Source: a virus
Lineage: Duplodnaviria > Caudoviricetes
IMG/VR virus record: IMGVR_UViG_3300020450_001133
Length of the DNA stretch: 64,000 nt
Reading direction: 5' to 3' (one strand)
Shown: positions 29,217 to 39,774 of the stretch, piece by piece
Numbering within the stretch: position 1 is the first letter of the stretch
Layout of the letters: each line of letters opens with the position of its first letter
Notes under the pieces: model-generated
Databases searched by the model: none
What the model was told of the DNA's origin: nothing
What the model saw: the letters and a program-made list of their open reading frames with translations, nothing else
Position numbers and translations under genes: made by a program

Positions 29217-29903
29217 TTAGAGATTTTCAACGACCAATACACTGGTGATACACTGAACACAATCATTATATTTTAGTTTTAGAATCATTAAAATGTCATC
29301 TAAGTCTTCACTTTTGACATATACTGTACGTTGATGTTGCCTTATCTCTCCATCGGACGAACAACTTTTAACAGTCTCTCCAATTCTTTTAAAGTGTTTT
29401 ACTGTATCTTTCCATTTATCTGATGCTTGTAAAGATCCATAGAATGATCCATGGTGTCTGCCGTGTGGGTATTTAAAAATAAGTTTAGTATCATACTTTT
29501 TAAAATAATTATCTTTTCTTATACTATGTTGTTTATAGTCCCAATAGTTTTCAGAATTTGTTAATGCTAAAAATGAACAATGCTCTTTATCATAAGGCCC
29601 TGTTACTTCTAATATTTGTTGTTTAAATTTTGTAATAAACATATCAAATGTGTCCTTATGTTTAAAGTAAGCATAACGTGACCAACCATTTAATAGTTTT
29701 ACTGTTTCAGAATATGATTCACAAAAATCCCATATCTCTAAAAACTTTTTATATCCTTCCTCATGTGAGTCATCAAAGTTCCAACTAGGTATAATATTAT
29801 TACCTGCTAGTTTTATTCTGTAAGGATATTTACCGTAGAATACTTTAGGACTTCCACTAAGTTCTAAACCTTTATACTTGTTCCTTTGGTTCAGTGGTTT
29901 CAA
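29217..29903 (-). CDS. hypothetical protein
   Basis: 228 aa basic, aromatic-rich ORF overlapping the clpA end. Confidence 0.7.
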   Translation of the reverse strand: MKPLNQRNKYKGLELSGSPKVFYGKYPYRIKLAGNNIIPSWNFDDSHEEGYKKFLEIWDFCESYSETVKLLNGWSRYAYFKHKDTFDMFITKFKQQILEVTGPYDKEHCSFLALTNSENYWDYKQHSIRKDNYFKKYDTKLIFKYPHGRHHGSFYGSLQASDKWKDTVKHFKRIGETVKSCSSDGEIRQHQRTVYVKSEDLDDILMILKLKYNDCVQCITSVLVVENL

Positions 29904-32070
29904 TGTTTAATTCTCCATCTATTGTTTTTACAAATACAGTTACGTTTTTCAAATCTTCAAATAGTATTTTCTTACTTAAAGGCTTTTTAAGTTCACCTTC
30001 AAATAATCTTTTTAAAGGTCTAGCACCCATTGTAGGTTCATAGCCATTCTCAACAAAGTAATCTATTGTGTCATTGTCTAAATTAATTTCTATGTTTTTA
30101 TCTTTGAGTTGTTCGTTAATTTCATCTTCAAGACGTTTTACAATTTTCTGTATTACTTCTGTGCTTAACTTATTAAATTTGATAACAGAATCTATTCTAT
30201 TTCTAAACTCTGGTGTAAAGAAACTTTGTACTGCTTTAACATCTACATTCTCTTTGATGTTTTTACCAAAACCAATTTTAAGTTTTTCAGCATCAGAGGC
30301 TCCTAGGTTACTTGTCATGAGTAAAACTACATTGGTAAAATCAGTTGTTTTACCTGTAGCACCTGTTAATCGTCCATCGTCCATCACTTGTAATAATACC
30401 TGTAGTACTTCTGGTGCGGCTTTCTCAACCTCATCTAATAGAAGTACGCAATTAGGATTTTCTTCAACACTTGTAAGTAGTTGACCTTGACCCATTTTAC
30501 CTTCGGCATGTCCAACGTAACCAGGAGGTGCTCCAATTAGTTTACTAACACTATGTCTTTCTTGATACTCACTCATATCAAAACGTATTAGTTTGCTTTC
30601 TAATTGTTCTGCTAACTGTTTGGCTGTTTCAGTTTTACCTGTACCAGTAGGACCTAATAGTAGGAAAGAACCAATAGGCTTGTTAGGCTCTCTTAATCCA
30701 GACTTACTAACAAGTATTGCTTCTACAATTTGATCCACTGCATCATCTTGTCCAAACACTTTTGTTTTAATTCTTTTATCTAAACTCTTGTAACCTTCTG
30801 TGCTGTCTATATCAATTACATCTTTACCAATGTTGCTCATCTTACTAATAACAGAAAGTACATCATCCATTAGAACTGTTTGCTCTCCCCTTAATTTTGT
30901 TTTTGCACCTGCGGCATCCATAACGTCAACTGCTTTATCTGGAAAGTATTTGTTCTTGATATATCTGTCTGCTAAATCAACACTTTTTTCTAACAAGTTA
31001 ATCTCATAATTAACTTGATGAAATTCTTCAAAGTATGGTTGTAATCCTTTTACAATCTCTGTTGTAGTTTCAACATCAGTTGGCTCAACTTCTACTCTTT
31101 GGAATCTACGCATTAATGCTCTATCTTTTTCAAAGTGTGTGCTATATTCATCGCTAGTAGTTGCACCCATAGTAAGCAACTTACCTCTACCTAATATTGG
31201 CTTCATTAAGTTTGCTATGTCTACACTACTGCCACCAGCACTACCGGCACCCATAATCATATGTATTTCATCAATAAACAGTATAACGTTTTTGTTCTTT
31301 TCTAAACTATCTAAAACTATTTTAATTCTTTCTTCAAAGTCACCTCTGTATCTAGTTCCTGCAAGTAGTCCACCTACATCTAAACTATATACAATTTTTT
31401 CTTTTAATGCATTTGGTACTTGACCTTCTACTATCTTTAATGCTAGTCCTTCTGCTATTGCAGTTTTACCTACACCAGGTTCTCCTATAAGCAGTGGATT
31501 ATTTTTCTTACGTCTTGCAAGTATGTGAACAACATCTTCGACTTCATCCTGTCTTCCTATTAAAGGATCTATTTCACTTGCCGCCGCTCTTTCATTTAGA
31601 TTAATTAAAAATTCTTCTGCTTCTTTAAGACTTTGAGCAGTAGTAATATGTTTAGTAATGTATTCAACTACTGCTAATCTATTAATACCATTTAACTCAC
31701 AGAAGTATGTTGCATGTGATTTATCCTCAGATAAAATGCTTACAAATATATCAACAGGATTTACTTGGTCTCTAGCACTAAAAATTACCTGTGCAAATGC
31801 TCTTTGCATAACACGTTCTACAGTAGCAGTCTTTTTAGGTTTACCATCCCATTGTGTTTCGCCTACTAAACCATTGAACTCTTTATCATCTAGATAATTT
31901 TGTAAATCATTAATAGCAGTTTCTTTATCATCTGTTATAGCATCTACTATTTCTGATATCTCAGGTGTTTCTAATAGGCACAACATCAAATGCTCAACAG
32001 TCACATATTCATGATTTCTGTTTTCAGCATACTCAATTGCACATTCTATTACGTTGTCTACTCCATTCAT
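29872..32070 (-). CDS. clpA: ClpA-type Hsp100 ATPase
   Basis: Clp N-domain (TVEHL), Walker A GEPGVGKT and [32 protein letters not shown] ClpP-docking loop; no ClpB middle domain. Confidence 0.92.
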   Translation of the reverse strand: MNGVDNVIECAIEYAENRNHEYVTVEHLMLCLLETPEISEIVDAITDDKETAINDLQNYLDDKEFNGLVGETQWDGKPKKTATVERVMQRAFAQVIFSARDQVNPVDIFVSILSEDKSHATYFCELNGINRLAVVEYITKHITTAQSLKEAEEFLINLNERAAASEIDPLIGRQDEVEDVVHILARRKKNNPLLIGEPGVGKTAIAEGLALKIVEGQVPNALKEKIVYSLDVGGLLAGTRYRGDFEERIKIVLDSLEKNKNVILFIDEIHMIMGAGSAGGSSVDIANLMKPILGRGKLLTMGATTSDEYSTHFEKDRALMRRFQRVEVEPTDVETTTEIVKGLQPYFEEFHQVNYEINLLEKSVDLADRYIKNKYFPDKAVDVMDAAGAKTKLRGEQTVLMDDVLSVISKMSNIGKDVIDIDSTEGYKSLDKRIKTKVFGQDDAVDQIVEAILVSKSGLREPNKPIGSFLLLGPTGTGKTETAKQLAEQLESKLIRFDMSEYQERHSVSKLIGAPPGYVGHAEGKMGQGQLLTSVEENPNCVLLLDEVEKAAPEVLQVLLQVMDDGRLTGATGKTTDFTNVVLLMTSNLGASDAEKLKIGFGKNIKENVDVKAVQSFFTPEFRNRIDSVIKFNKLSTEVIQKIVKRLEDEINEQLKDKNIEINLDNDTIDYFVENGYEPTMGARPLKRLFEGELKKPLSKKILFEDLKNVTVFVKTIDGELNIETTEPKEQV

Positions 32071-32078
32071 ACTAATAT

Positions 32079-32891
32079 TTACTCTTTGCTGTTTTTAATA
32101 TCTTCTATTCTTGAAATCTGTTCTTCTGTTAGGTTTGGACTTACAACTTCCACTACAACAATAAGGTTTCCTGCCCTACCATTATTAGGATTTGGCATAC
32201 CTTTTCCTTGTAATTTTAGTTGTGATCCAGGGTTTGTTCTTTTAGGCACTTTTATATCTAGTTGCTTATTATCCAATTGAGTAACTCTTACTTCAGTGCC
32301 AGTCATTGCTTCTAAATAATCTATCTGTACTCTACAATATAAGTCATCGCCTCGTCTATCCCATTCAGGTGGATTGTGTATAAAACATCTAACAATTAAA
32401 TTTCCTGGTGGTAATCCTTGATGTTCTGTTGGACCTTTACCAGGCATATTAAATTTAGTACCATGTCTGGTTCCTGCAGGTATAGTAATTTTAAATGTAC
32501 CATATCCTGTGTTTATCATTTTTTCTACACCATGATAAACTTCATGTAATTCTAAATGTAAGTCTACTACTCCGTCAGGGTTCCTTGTTGGCTGTCTTTG
32601 TTGCTGTCTAAATCCACCCCCAAATATTTCTTGGAATACATCTCCAAAGTCTCCTCTGAAGTTAAAGCCGCCTTGACTAAATGGGTCGCCGCCTTGGAAT
32701 GGATTTGGATTATCGTATTGCTGACGTTTTGCAGGATCGCTAAGAGTTTCGTATGCTTGTTGTATTTTCTTAAATTCATTTTCATCTCCACCTTTATCTG
32801 GATGATGTTTACCCGCAAGTTTACGATAGGCTTTTTTAATTTCCTTGTCGTCTGCTTGAGGTGATACACCTAATGTTTGATAATGATCCAT
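32079..32891 (-). CDS. dnaJ: DnaJ-class co-chaperone lacking Zn finger (CbpA type)
   Basis: J-domain with HPD, G/F region, C-terminal domains. Confidence 0.92.
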   Translation of the reverse strand: MDHYQTLGVSPQADDKEIKKAYRKLAGKHHPDKGGDENEFKKIQQAYETLSDPAKRQQYDNPNPFQGGDPFSQGGFNFRGDFGDVFQEIFGGGFRQQQRQPTRNPDGVVDLHLELHEVYHGVEKMINTGYGTFKITIPAGTRHGTKFNMPGKGPTEHQGLPPGNLIVRCFIHNPPEWDRRGDDLYCRVQIDYLEAMTGTEVRVTQLDNKQLDIKVPKRTNPGSQLKLQGKGMPNPNNGRAGNLIVVVEVVSPNLTEEQISRIEDIKNSKE

Positions 32892-32897
32892 GACTTA

Positions 32898-32926
32898 ATT
32901 ATACACTTTATAAAAATGAAAGTCAA
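32898..32926 (-). promoter_or_regulatory. sigma70 promoter, predicted leaderless
   Basis: TTGACT-17-TATAAT, 6 nt before the dnaJ ATG, no SD. Confidence 0.8.
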
Positions 32927-32934
32927 GGACAAAG

Positions 32935-33165
32935 TTAGGAGAGATTTTCTACTAAATCTATTATATCTTGGATAGTTTGTATGCTATCGATTTCATCATC
33001 TGTTGTTTCAATGTCAAACTCTTTTTCAAGTTCTAAAACAACTTGAACACTATCCAAACTGTCAAAGTTTAAATCGTCGAATACATGTGCTTCAGGAACA
33101 ATTTTATCCTTGTCAATTCTAAGTTCTTCTGATATAATTTTTGTAATACGTTCTACGGTGGTCAT
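32935..33165 (-). CDS. acpP: acyl carrier protein
   Basis: 76 aa, very acidic, DLNFDSLDSVQVVLELEKEFDIE with the phosphopantetheine Ser (DSL). Confidence 0.93.
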   Translation of the reverse strand: MTTVERITKIISEELRIDKDKIVPEAHVFDDLNFDSLDSVQVVLELEKEFDIETTDDEIDSIQTIQDIIDLVENLS

Positions 33166-33167
33166 AA

Positions 33168-33905
33168 TTAATCTTTTGTATTGCCTATACTAGGTATAAG
33201 CGATTTTAAACTAAAACCTGAGTTTTCCTCTACTTCAGGTTCAACAGAAGCCTGTTCGTTATCTGCTTTTGCTTCTTCTACTTGTTGTTCTTGTCTTTCT
33301 TTGTTCTCTTCTAACCAACCATCAGGTCCTTTGGGTGCAGTTGCTTCTCTATAATAGTAAATTATATCTTTTTGTTGGTTAATGTATCTTTTTATTTCTT
33401 GCAAGTTAGCAGACATTTTTTCATATCCTACAGGAGTAACTGCAAATATTACAAAGTCACCATCTAACATTAATTCTACTTCTGCTATTTTTTGTTGCAA
33501 GTTACCACATACTTGTATTACACCATTGCCATCTTCTAACTGTGGTAATTCAATTCTATTGCCTTCAGCATCACGTTTTACTTTACGTCTTGTTTCTTGC
33601 TTTTCTTCATCAAAGTATTCTTCATATTCAAATCTTTCTGTAGTGTAATACCATTTGCCTTCTGATAATGTCTTTTTACCTGTTGCAGGTTTGCATGGAG
33701 TGTTGGTAATTACTTTCCATTCTACATCATTAAGTTGAATCTCAGGTGGTAAAGGTGGAGCATAAATCTCTACTTCAACAGTTTCCGTAATTACTTTGAC
33801 TGGAGGTAATGGTTGATATCCTCCTCTAGACGCACATGCAGTCATTAGAACTGTAAGTGCAATAATTGAAAATGTCTTAAATGTTCTGTTTCTTAAAATA
33901 TCCAT
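33168..33905 (-). CDS. lipoprotein, probable o-spanin
   Basis: Lipobox LMTAC followed by Pro-rich segment; downstream of an i-spanin-like gene. Confidence 0.65.
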   Translation of the reverse strand: MDILRNRTFKTFSIIALTVLMTACASRGGYQPLPPVKVITETVEVEIYAPPLPPEIQLNDVEWKVITNTPCKPATGKKTLSEGKWYYTTERFEYEEYFDEEKQETRRKVKRDAEGNRIELPQLEDGNGVIQVCGNLQQKIAEVELMLDGDFVIFAVTPVGYEKMSANLQEIKRYINQQKDIIYYYREATAPKGPDGWLEENKERQEQQVEEAKADNEQASVEPEVEENSGFSLKSLIPSIGNTKD

Positions 33906-34045
33906 ATCAATAATAGTGTCAGGACTACTCCTTTAAAAAAAGAAATCCAATATGCTGTGTATTCATCGATGTTTAATTTGTACATCCAATTATCTATTTG
34001 AGTGTTATGCCAATCTCTTAACTTTTCTAATTGTTCACTAATCAT
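33893..34045 (-). CDS. small C-terminal TM protein (50 aa)
   Basis: Not in track; MISEQLEKLRDWHNTQIDNWMYKLNIDEYTAYWISFFKGVVLTLLLIWIF; overlaps both neighbours. Confidence 0.65.
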   Translation of the reverse strand: MISEQLEKLRDWHNTQIDNWMYKLNIDEYTAYWISFFKGVVLTLLLIWIF

Positions 34046-34475
34046 CTTTTCTCTCAACCTCATCTAAGTTTGCTACTTCTTTACTGTCTTGTTCAACTGC
34101 ATCAAATACTTCCTTTGTTGCATTGTTGGCCCTATCTTCAATCATACCAGGTCTTAACCTAGATAATTTTGTGAAGTTATGGTCTTTAAAAATTTGTTGT
34201 GCGTCTTTGGCTTGTCTTTCCCATTCATTAGACTTAACTGTTAAATCACTAATCTGTTCTATTTGTCTACTTGCAGTTTCTTCTAAACTCTTAATAGTTT
34301 TCTCATTAATCTCAGCCGCACTTTGTAATGCCACATTTTGTTGGTTTAATACATCTATTTGTCTTTGCTGTTGTTCTACAGTTTTGTTTAGGTTGCCAAC
34401 AATAAAACTATGGGCACCCCAGGCAAACAGTAATGCTATTCCTACAAATGGTAATGAACGTATAAAACTTAACAT
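34038..34475 (-). CDS. probable i-spanin (Rz-like)
   Basis: N-terminal TM helix plus long Gln-rich coiled coil. Confidence 0.65.
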   Translation of the reverse strand: MLSFIRSLPFVGIALLFAWGAHSFIVGNLNKTVEQQQRQIDVLNQQNVALQSAAEINEKTIKSLEETASRQIEQISDLTVKSNEWERQAKDAQQIFKDHNFTKLSRLRPGMIEDRANNATKEVFDAVEQDSKEVANLDEVERKDD

Positions 34476-35227
34476 GGCCTTGCTATTAACACTTGGTCAG
34501 TAGCAGGATTATGAAATACTATATGTTTGTTGATTGGTATGATGTTTAAATTACCTCTCATGCTCTCTAAAGTTTTCACTAATGACTTATCCCAATCGAA
34601 GTCTAATGCCGCTTCGGATATGCCTGCTTCTTCTAGTGTTACCTTTCCTTCTCCAAATTTTACAAATTCTAACTGTACGTTATACTTATAGTCCTTTAAA
34701 GTTAGAATGTCATTTTCTAGAACCGCACTTTGGATTATTGCATTGTCTTTTAAGAAGTTTACAATGCTTTCTTCCTTTTTGCTTTTCTTATCTGCTTCAA
34801 ATTCTTCTTTAGTCATATACTTGTCAGGATCTGTGATAACATATTCATCTAACAATGGATCTGATATATCAAAAGAATCATCTGACAAGAGAGGTTTTAC
34901 TTTCCAATTCATTCTGCCTGATGTGTTTTCTATATCTAAAACATACTCTTTTAACTTATCCAATAATCCTTCTTCTCTGTCTACTTCTACAAACACCATA
35001 TAAAGATTGTCCTCATTTGGATTAGGTGTTACTTCAACATCTCTGAAATTGAAATGACTTTTTTGTAAAAAGTTTTTAAGGTCTGCTCCAACTTTTTCTT
35101 CAGTAACGTAAAAACCTATTACAGATATTTCTTCTTTCTTACCTGTTTTAGGTTCATACTCATCTATACTAATGTTAGATGAAATTACTTCTTCTAAGTC
35201 ACCGTGCCTAATATTTTCATTTATCAT
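34469..35227 (-). CDS. hypothetical protein
   Basis: 252 aa acidic ORF in a late operon. Confidence 0.75.
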   Translation of the reverse strand: MINENIRHGDLEEVISSNISIDEYEPKTGKKEEISVIGFYVTEEKVGADLKNFLQKSHFNFRDVEVTPNPNEDNLYMVFVEVDREEGLLDKLKEYVLDIENTSGRMNWKVKPLLSDDSFDISDPLLDEYVITDPDKYMTKEEFEADKKSKKEESIVNFLKDNAIIQSAVLENDILTLKDYKYNVQLEFVKFGEGKVTLEEAGISEAALDFDWDKSLVKTLESMRGNLNIIPINKHIVFHNPATDQVLIARPC

Positions 35228-35781
35228 ATTATAGGTGCTCCTGGATCTACTGGTGGTGCTAAAGGATCAGCCTGTGGTTGTTGGTCTAATGATTGGTCTT
35301 TTGCACTTTGGATATCTTCCATATCAATGTAGGCATCTTCTGCCGCTTCAACTTGCTCTGTGCTAAACTCATCTACAAATCTTCTTGGCATTTTGATTTC
35401 TACAATCCATACAGGCAATCTTTCTGTTTTAGCAACACGTCTTGGAAGTGTTCCTCTTACTTTGATTTCTGTATCTTCTATGCCTTCAATCTTTTTTGAT
35501 TTAACTAAATCGTCTTTGTACATTTTAACTTTACAGTCATTTTCTCTAAGACGTCTAATTGCATATGGATCAGGCATATCTTCTTGTGGATACATTAACG
35601 CAACTTCAATAAAATACCTGCCTAATTTAGGGCCAGCAACTATTTCTCCTTTGTTCCAGTTCTTGTAAGCATAAACATCAAAACTGTCTATAACACCTTC
35701 GAACTCTAACAACATGTCTAAAAGAGTATTTGTTTGTGATATCTTCTTTACGTTGTCGTTTATAATCTTTAATGTTTGCAT
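35224..35781 (-). CDS. hypothetical protein
   Basis: 185 aa; late motif at 35803-35810. Confidence 0.75.
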   Translation of the reverse strand: MQTLKIINDNVKKISQTNTLLDMLLEFEGVIDSFDVYAYKNWNKGEIVAGPKLGRYFIEVALMYPQEDMPDPYAIRRLRENDCKVKMYKDDLVKSKKIEGIEDTEIKVRGTLPRRVAKTERLPVWIVEIKMPRRFVDEFSTEQVEAAEDAYIDMEDIQSAKDQSLDQQPQADPLAPPVDPGAPII

Positions 35782-35900
35782 ATTAATATCCTTCGTTACT
35801 GTTATTTATCACTTTTAAATAAGATGTGTTAATAATTAAAAACCGAAACTAAATAATATTGTAATATGAAAATACTACACATACAAAACAAATCATTCTT

Positions 35901-35945
35901 TTCCCCCTATAGTCGTAACTTAGGTGAGCATATCGCTCAGGGGAA
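35901..35945 (+). promoter_or_regulatory. candidate three-way-junction RNA in phoH leader
   Basis: TTCCC/GGGAA closing stem enclosing CCTA/TAGG and TGAGC/GCTCA hairpins. Confidence 0.45.
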
Positions 35946-35972
35946 TCACTATGGCAGAGACAGGAGCATAAC

Positions 35973-36716
35973 ATGTCTAGAAAAAAACGCAAAGAACGAG
36001 AATTTAAAACAAGATTTAAGGAGAGTCAATATTTGAAAATATTACAAGGTGGTCAAGTCGAGACAATAAAACGGCAAACCCAGGTTCGCATAGTTCCCAG
36101 AAACTTTAAGCAAGACGAACTACTAGGTCTATTAACAGACCAAACAAAGCATATAGTGTTTACAACAGGCCCTGCAGGCACAGGTAAAACAATGATAAGC
36201 ACCTTACATGCAATAAAACAATTCAAAGAACGTAGAGTAGATAAAATAGTCATTACGAGACCAGCAGTAAGTGTAGATGAACAACACGGTTTCTTGCCAG
36301 GTACATTACAAGAAAAGATGGCACCATGGACTAGACCCATATTTGATATTATGGAAGAGTTTTATCACCCTAAAGAAATAGAATATCTTTTAGAAAATAA
36401 CAAACTAGAAATAGCACCATTGGCATATATGAGAGGTAGAACATTTAAAAATGCTGTTGTGTTAGCAGATGAAATGCAAAATGCAACACCAGAACAAATG
36501 AAAATGTTATTAACAAGAATAGGAGATAACAGCCAACTTATAGTAAATGGTGACTTAAACCAACACGATAGAGGTTACGAAGCCAACGGACTTAAAAACT
36601 TCTTGGATAAATTAAATGATACAGAGTCAACAATGATTGCACATGTAGAATTTGATAAAAGGCATGTTGAAAGACATCCGGCTGTAAGTGAAGTACTTAA
36701 GATTTATCAAACATAA
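35973..36716 (+). CDS. phoH: PhoH-family ATPase
   Basis: GPAGTGKT, ITRPAV, GFLPG, LAYMRGRTF, DEMQN and GDLNQ motifs. Confidence 0.95.
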   Translation: MSRKKRKEREFKTRFKESQYLKILQGGQVETIKRQTQVRIVPRNFKQDELLGLLTDQTKHIVFTTGPAGTGKTMISTLHAIKQFKERRVDKIVITRPAVSVDEQHGFLPGTLQEKMAPWTRPIFDIMEEFYHPKEIEYLLENNKLEIAPLAYMRGRTFKNAVVLADEMQNATPEQMKMLLTRIGDNSQLIVNGDLNQHDRGYEANGLKNFLDKLNDTESTMIAHVEFDKRHVERHPAVSEVLKIYQT

Positions 36717-36918
36717 TAGATAATTGTCTTAACACTTCTTCGCATAATGGGCCGAACTGGCAGTCTTCAATATCATGAAGTTCTCTCATTCGGTCCACTG
36801 CACTTTGAACTGCTCTTAATGGATCTGGTCTTCCTTGTTCCAAATGTTTAAATACAAAACCATTCTCTTTGAACTCTGGCTCTGATAATATCTGTTCTGC
36901 TAAATTCCCTATATCCAT
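36697..36918 (-). CDS. hypothetical protein
   Basis: 73 aa, convergent with phoH. Confidence 0.6.
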   Translation of the reverse strand: MDIGNLAEQILSEPEFKENGFVFKHLEQGRPDPLRAVQSAVDRMRELHDIEDCQFGPLCEEVLRQLSIMFDKS

Positions 36919-37039
36919 AAATCCTTATCTTTTTTTGACTCTTAGTAAAACAAGTATTTAACTTCTAAACGTTGTTTACCTTTGGCAAAACTGGTTAAAT
37001 AATATTGATTCAGGAATGAATCACAAGGGAGAATATTAT

Positions 37040-37285
37040 ATGGATATAATTAAAAAAATAGGTGATTGGGCCTATAGTTTAACACAAACAGGAATATCTA
37101 TATTAGCACTAGGCATTGTTCTAGAAGTCTTATTTAACGGAGTTGGAATTCCATTCTGGCCCGAAATAAGTGTTGTAGACAATGTTATGGGTATCTTAAA
37201 AGGACTATCAGCAGAAGGATTGCTTGGTCTAGTAGGTGCTTTTGTGCTATATCACATTTTCAATAGACCTATGCCTAAAAAGTAA
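37040..37285 (+). CDS. small two-TM membrane protein (likely start 37040)
   Basis: GGGAG SD before ATG 37040; TTAAATA motif at 36995-37001; terminator follows. Confidence 0.7.
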   Translation: MDIIKKIGDWAYSLTQTGISILALGIVLEVLFNGVGIPFWPEISVVDNVMGILKGLSAEGLLGLVGAFVLYHIFNRPMPKK

Positions 37286-37303
37286 GGTTAATTGGGATTG
37301 CTA

Positions 37304-37332
37304 AGTAGCCGGCTCATGTCGGCTACTTTTTT
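37304..37332 (+). terminator. rho-independent terminator
   Basis: AAGTAGCCG/CGGCTACTT stem followed by T run. Confidence 0.85.
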
Positions 37333-37344
37333 GACTGAATCTTC

Positions 37345-37352
37345 TATAAATA
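37345..37352 (+). promoter_or_regulatory. T4 late promoter consensus
   Basis: Exact TATAAATA, 8 nt before ATG 37361. Confidence 0.65.
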
Positions 37353-37360
37353 CTATTCTA

Positions 37361-38692
37361 ATGACAACAAGCATTCATAGACCTAAATGGCAATTAAACA
37401 ACGATCCTGCATGTCAGTTCAAATGGACATGGAGTACTTTATTCTTAAATTTTGGTACAACATCAAGTTGCCATAGATGTAAGCATTGGAAACTTACAGT
37501 AGAAAACTTTATGGACTTTCATAACTTACCTGGTAAGATTGGTGATAGAGAAAAAATGGTTAAAGGGCAATGGCCCGGTAATGGTTGTGAATATTGTAAG
37601 GTTGTAGAAGATGCAGGTGGTATAAGTGAACGTATAGGTTATATCAACGACTTAGAAATGGTACCACCAGAAAATGAAATTGACCCAACAGAAACACATG
37701 TTACTCCAAGACTATTAGAAGTTTATTTTAGTAACTTATGTAATATGAGTTGTACCTATTGTAGTGCAAAATTTAGTAGTGTTATCCAACATGAGAATCA
37801 AAAGTTTGGAGAGTTTACTAAAAATGGCTTAGAAATATATGAATGGCCCGATAATCCAGAATACGAAGTAATGAGGGATATGTTTTGGGATTGGATGGAC
37901 TTACATGGACAAGAATTGTTTACATTACATGTTTTAGGTGGTGAGCCTTTATTCCAACCAGAGTTTGAAATGTTTTTAGATTGGTTTGATAAAAATCCAT
38001 GTCCTAATTTAGAATGGGTTATATTCAGTAACCTTAAACACAATACAATAAGATTAGTTAGCCAAGTTGAAAGAATAAAAGAACTTATAGCAAAAGGTAA
38101 ACTAAAAGGATTTCAAGTTAATGTAAGCATAGACAACTTTGGCAAAGAAGCCGAGTATGCCAGACATGGAATTATTTGGGACCAATTTGTAGATAACTTT
38201 ACATTCTTAGCACAAGAAAAATGGATTGGTATGCAAGTACAAAGTACAATATGTCCTATTACAGTTCAAAGTATGTGGCAACTGTATGACTTTATATTGA
38301 ACTTTGAAGACCCTAGAATAAATTTAAGTTGGAACACAATACAAGATCCTAAATGGTTTAATCCAAGTAGATTTGGAACATACTGTTTAGATGGTATAGA
38401 TAAATTGATAGAAAGGTTAAACCAATCTCCTTTCTCACAGCATCATAACATACCATATCTATTAGGAATAAGAAATCAAATTAGTAAAGCAAGATGTGAC
38501 TCATATGAAATGATAAGATTTAAAACACATTTAGACGAACTAGATGTAAGAAGAGGCTTGAAGTGGAGACAACTCTATCCTGACTTATCTGAACACATTG
38601 AAAAAAATATCACAACTGATGATATTATATTCCAAGAATTAAAAATTATGGGTGCTCCGACTGGAGACCAAGAAGTTAAGAACGCAACTTAA
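37361..38692 (+). CDS. radical SAM protein (likely start 37361)
   Basis: CNMSCTYC (CxxxCxxC), LGGEP; extra N-terminal Cys cluster (ACQ...CHRC...CEYC). Confidence 0.9.
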   Translation: MTTSIHRPKWQLNNDPACQFKWTWSTLFLNFGTTSSCHRCKHWKLTVENFMDFHNLPGKIGDREKMVKGQWPGNGCEYCKVVEDAGGISERIGYINDLEMVPPENEIDPTETHVTPRLLEVYFSNLCNMSCTYCSAKFSSVIQHENQKFGEFTKNGLEIYEWPDNPEYEVMRDMFWDWMDLHGQELFTLHVLGGEPLFQPEFEMFLDWFDKNPCPNLEWVIFSNLKHNTIRLVSQVERIKELIAKGKLKGFQVNVSIDNFGKEAEYARHGIIWDQFVDNFTFLAQEKWIGMQVQSTICPITVQSMWQLYDFILNFEDPRINLSWNTIQDPKWFNPSRFGTYCLDGIDKLIERLNQSPFSQHHNIPYLLGIRNQISKARCDSYEMIRFKTHLDELDVRRGLKWRQLYPDLSEHIEKNITTDDIIFQELKIMGAPTGDQEVKNAT

Positions 38693-39615
38693 CTAACACT
38701 ATTCATTTCAAGTTCAACAAGTGTAGCCGCTAAGTTTATCTCAGGATCTGCTACTGCAACACTCTTTGCAATACCATTTCTTATAATAACGATTGCTTGG
38801 TCTTGTTGTAGTTCTGTTTTACCCCATAACTCTAAGTTACGATACATGAACTTGTAAACTTCTTCATACTCTTCAGGTCTTGCTTGATTAACAATCATTG
38901 TTCTTGCGTCTTTGTACTTACCTGCTTTGAATAATTCTACTGCACTCAACATCCAATCACTTGTATTACCATCACCATCTTGTGGCTTTTGTAAAACATT
39001 ATCTACTACGTTTTGTTGTGTAAGATTAATTGCTTTACGCAAGTCTGGATATGTTGCTTGTACATAAGTGTCTAGTGTTTCTAAATCTACTTCAACACCT
39101 TCTTCAATACATATTGTTGCAATACGAGCCGTGAACTCTGTTATGTCTAGTTTCTCTATGTGGAATCCTTGACATCTGCTATGTAATGCAGGAATAATTC
39201 TTTGTGGGTAGTTGCAAGTTAGTATGAATCTACAACTGGTATGATACATCTCCATAACACCACGAAGTGCCGCCTGTCCATTAGGAGTAATGTAATCAGC
39301 CTCATCAAGCAACACATACTTCATATCACCAAAAGGCATTGTGCCACTAAAGTTTGTTATTTTGCTTCGGATAGTTTCAACACTATTTTCATTACTTGCA
39401 TTTATTTCAAGTATGTCCATACTGTCTACATCAAGTTCTAGTAACAATACCTTTGCAAGTGTTGTTTTACCAGTTCCAGGAGCACCACTAAATAGCAAGT
39501 GTGGTAGTGCTCCTTCTTGTACCCAGCCACTCACCTGCTGGCGTTGACCGTCATCTCTAAACACATAGGTACCTATGTTCGACGGTCTATATTTCTCTAC
39601 CCATAAATCCTTCAT
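38689..39615 (-). CDS. clamp loader AAA+ subunit (T4 gp44/RFC-like)
   Basis: WVEKYRP, GAPGTGKTT, INAS, DEAD and SRC motifs. Confidence 0.95.
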   Translation of the reverse strand: MKDLWVEKYRPSNIGTYVFRDDGQRQQVSGWVQEGALPHLLFSGAPGTGKTTLAKVLLLELDVDSMDILEINASNENSVETIRSKITNFSGTMPFGDMKYVLLDEADYITPNGQAALRGVMEMYHTSCRFILTCNYPQRIIPALHSRCQGFHIEKLDITEFTARIATICIEEGVEVDLETLDTYVQATYPDLRKAINLTQQNVVDNVLQKPQDGDGNTSDWMLSAVELFKAGKYKDARTMIVNQARPEEYEEVYKFMYRNLELWGKTELQQDQAIVIIRNGIAKSVAVADPEINLAATLVELEMNSVS

Positions 39616-39770
39616 ACACTAATTCCTATTAACCACATTGATATTCCCATGGCTAACAACATAATAACCTGTACGCCTGACATCACAGTAATCATTTTCA
39701 TTGGGTGTACTTTATCTATAGACCCTAATTGTTCAGCCTGTGTGTCTTTTATTTTGGAATATTCACTCAT
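39612..39770 (-). CDS. small membrane protein (52 aa)
   Basis: Not in track; MSEYSKIKDTQAEQLG...VIMLLAMGISMWLIGISV; ATGA overlap with the clamp loader gene. Confidence 0.65.
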   Translation of the reverse strand: MSEYSKIKDTQAEQLGSIDKVHPMKMITVMSGVQVIMLLAMGISMWLIGISV

Positions 39771-39774
39771 ACAA

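Noticed and set aside
37292-37360. Track start (TTG 37292) of the radical SAM ORF
   Set aside because: Overlaps a clear terminator; ATG 37361 follows a late promoter. Track starts at 14665, 44391, 47861, 48826, 50779, 52082 and 60374 were similarly shortened
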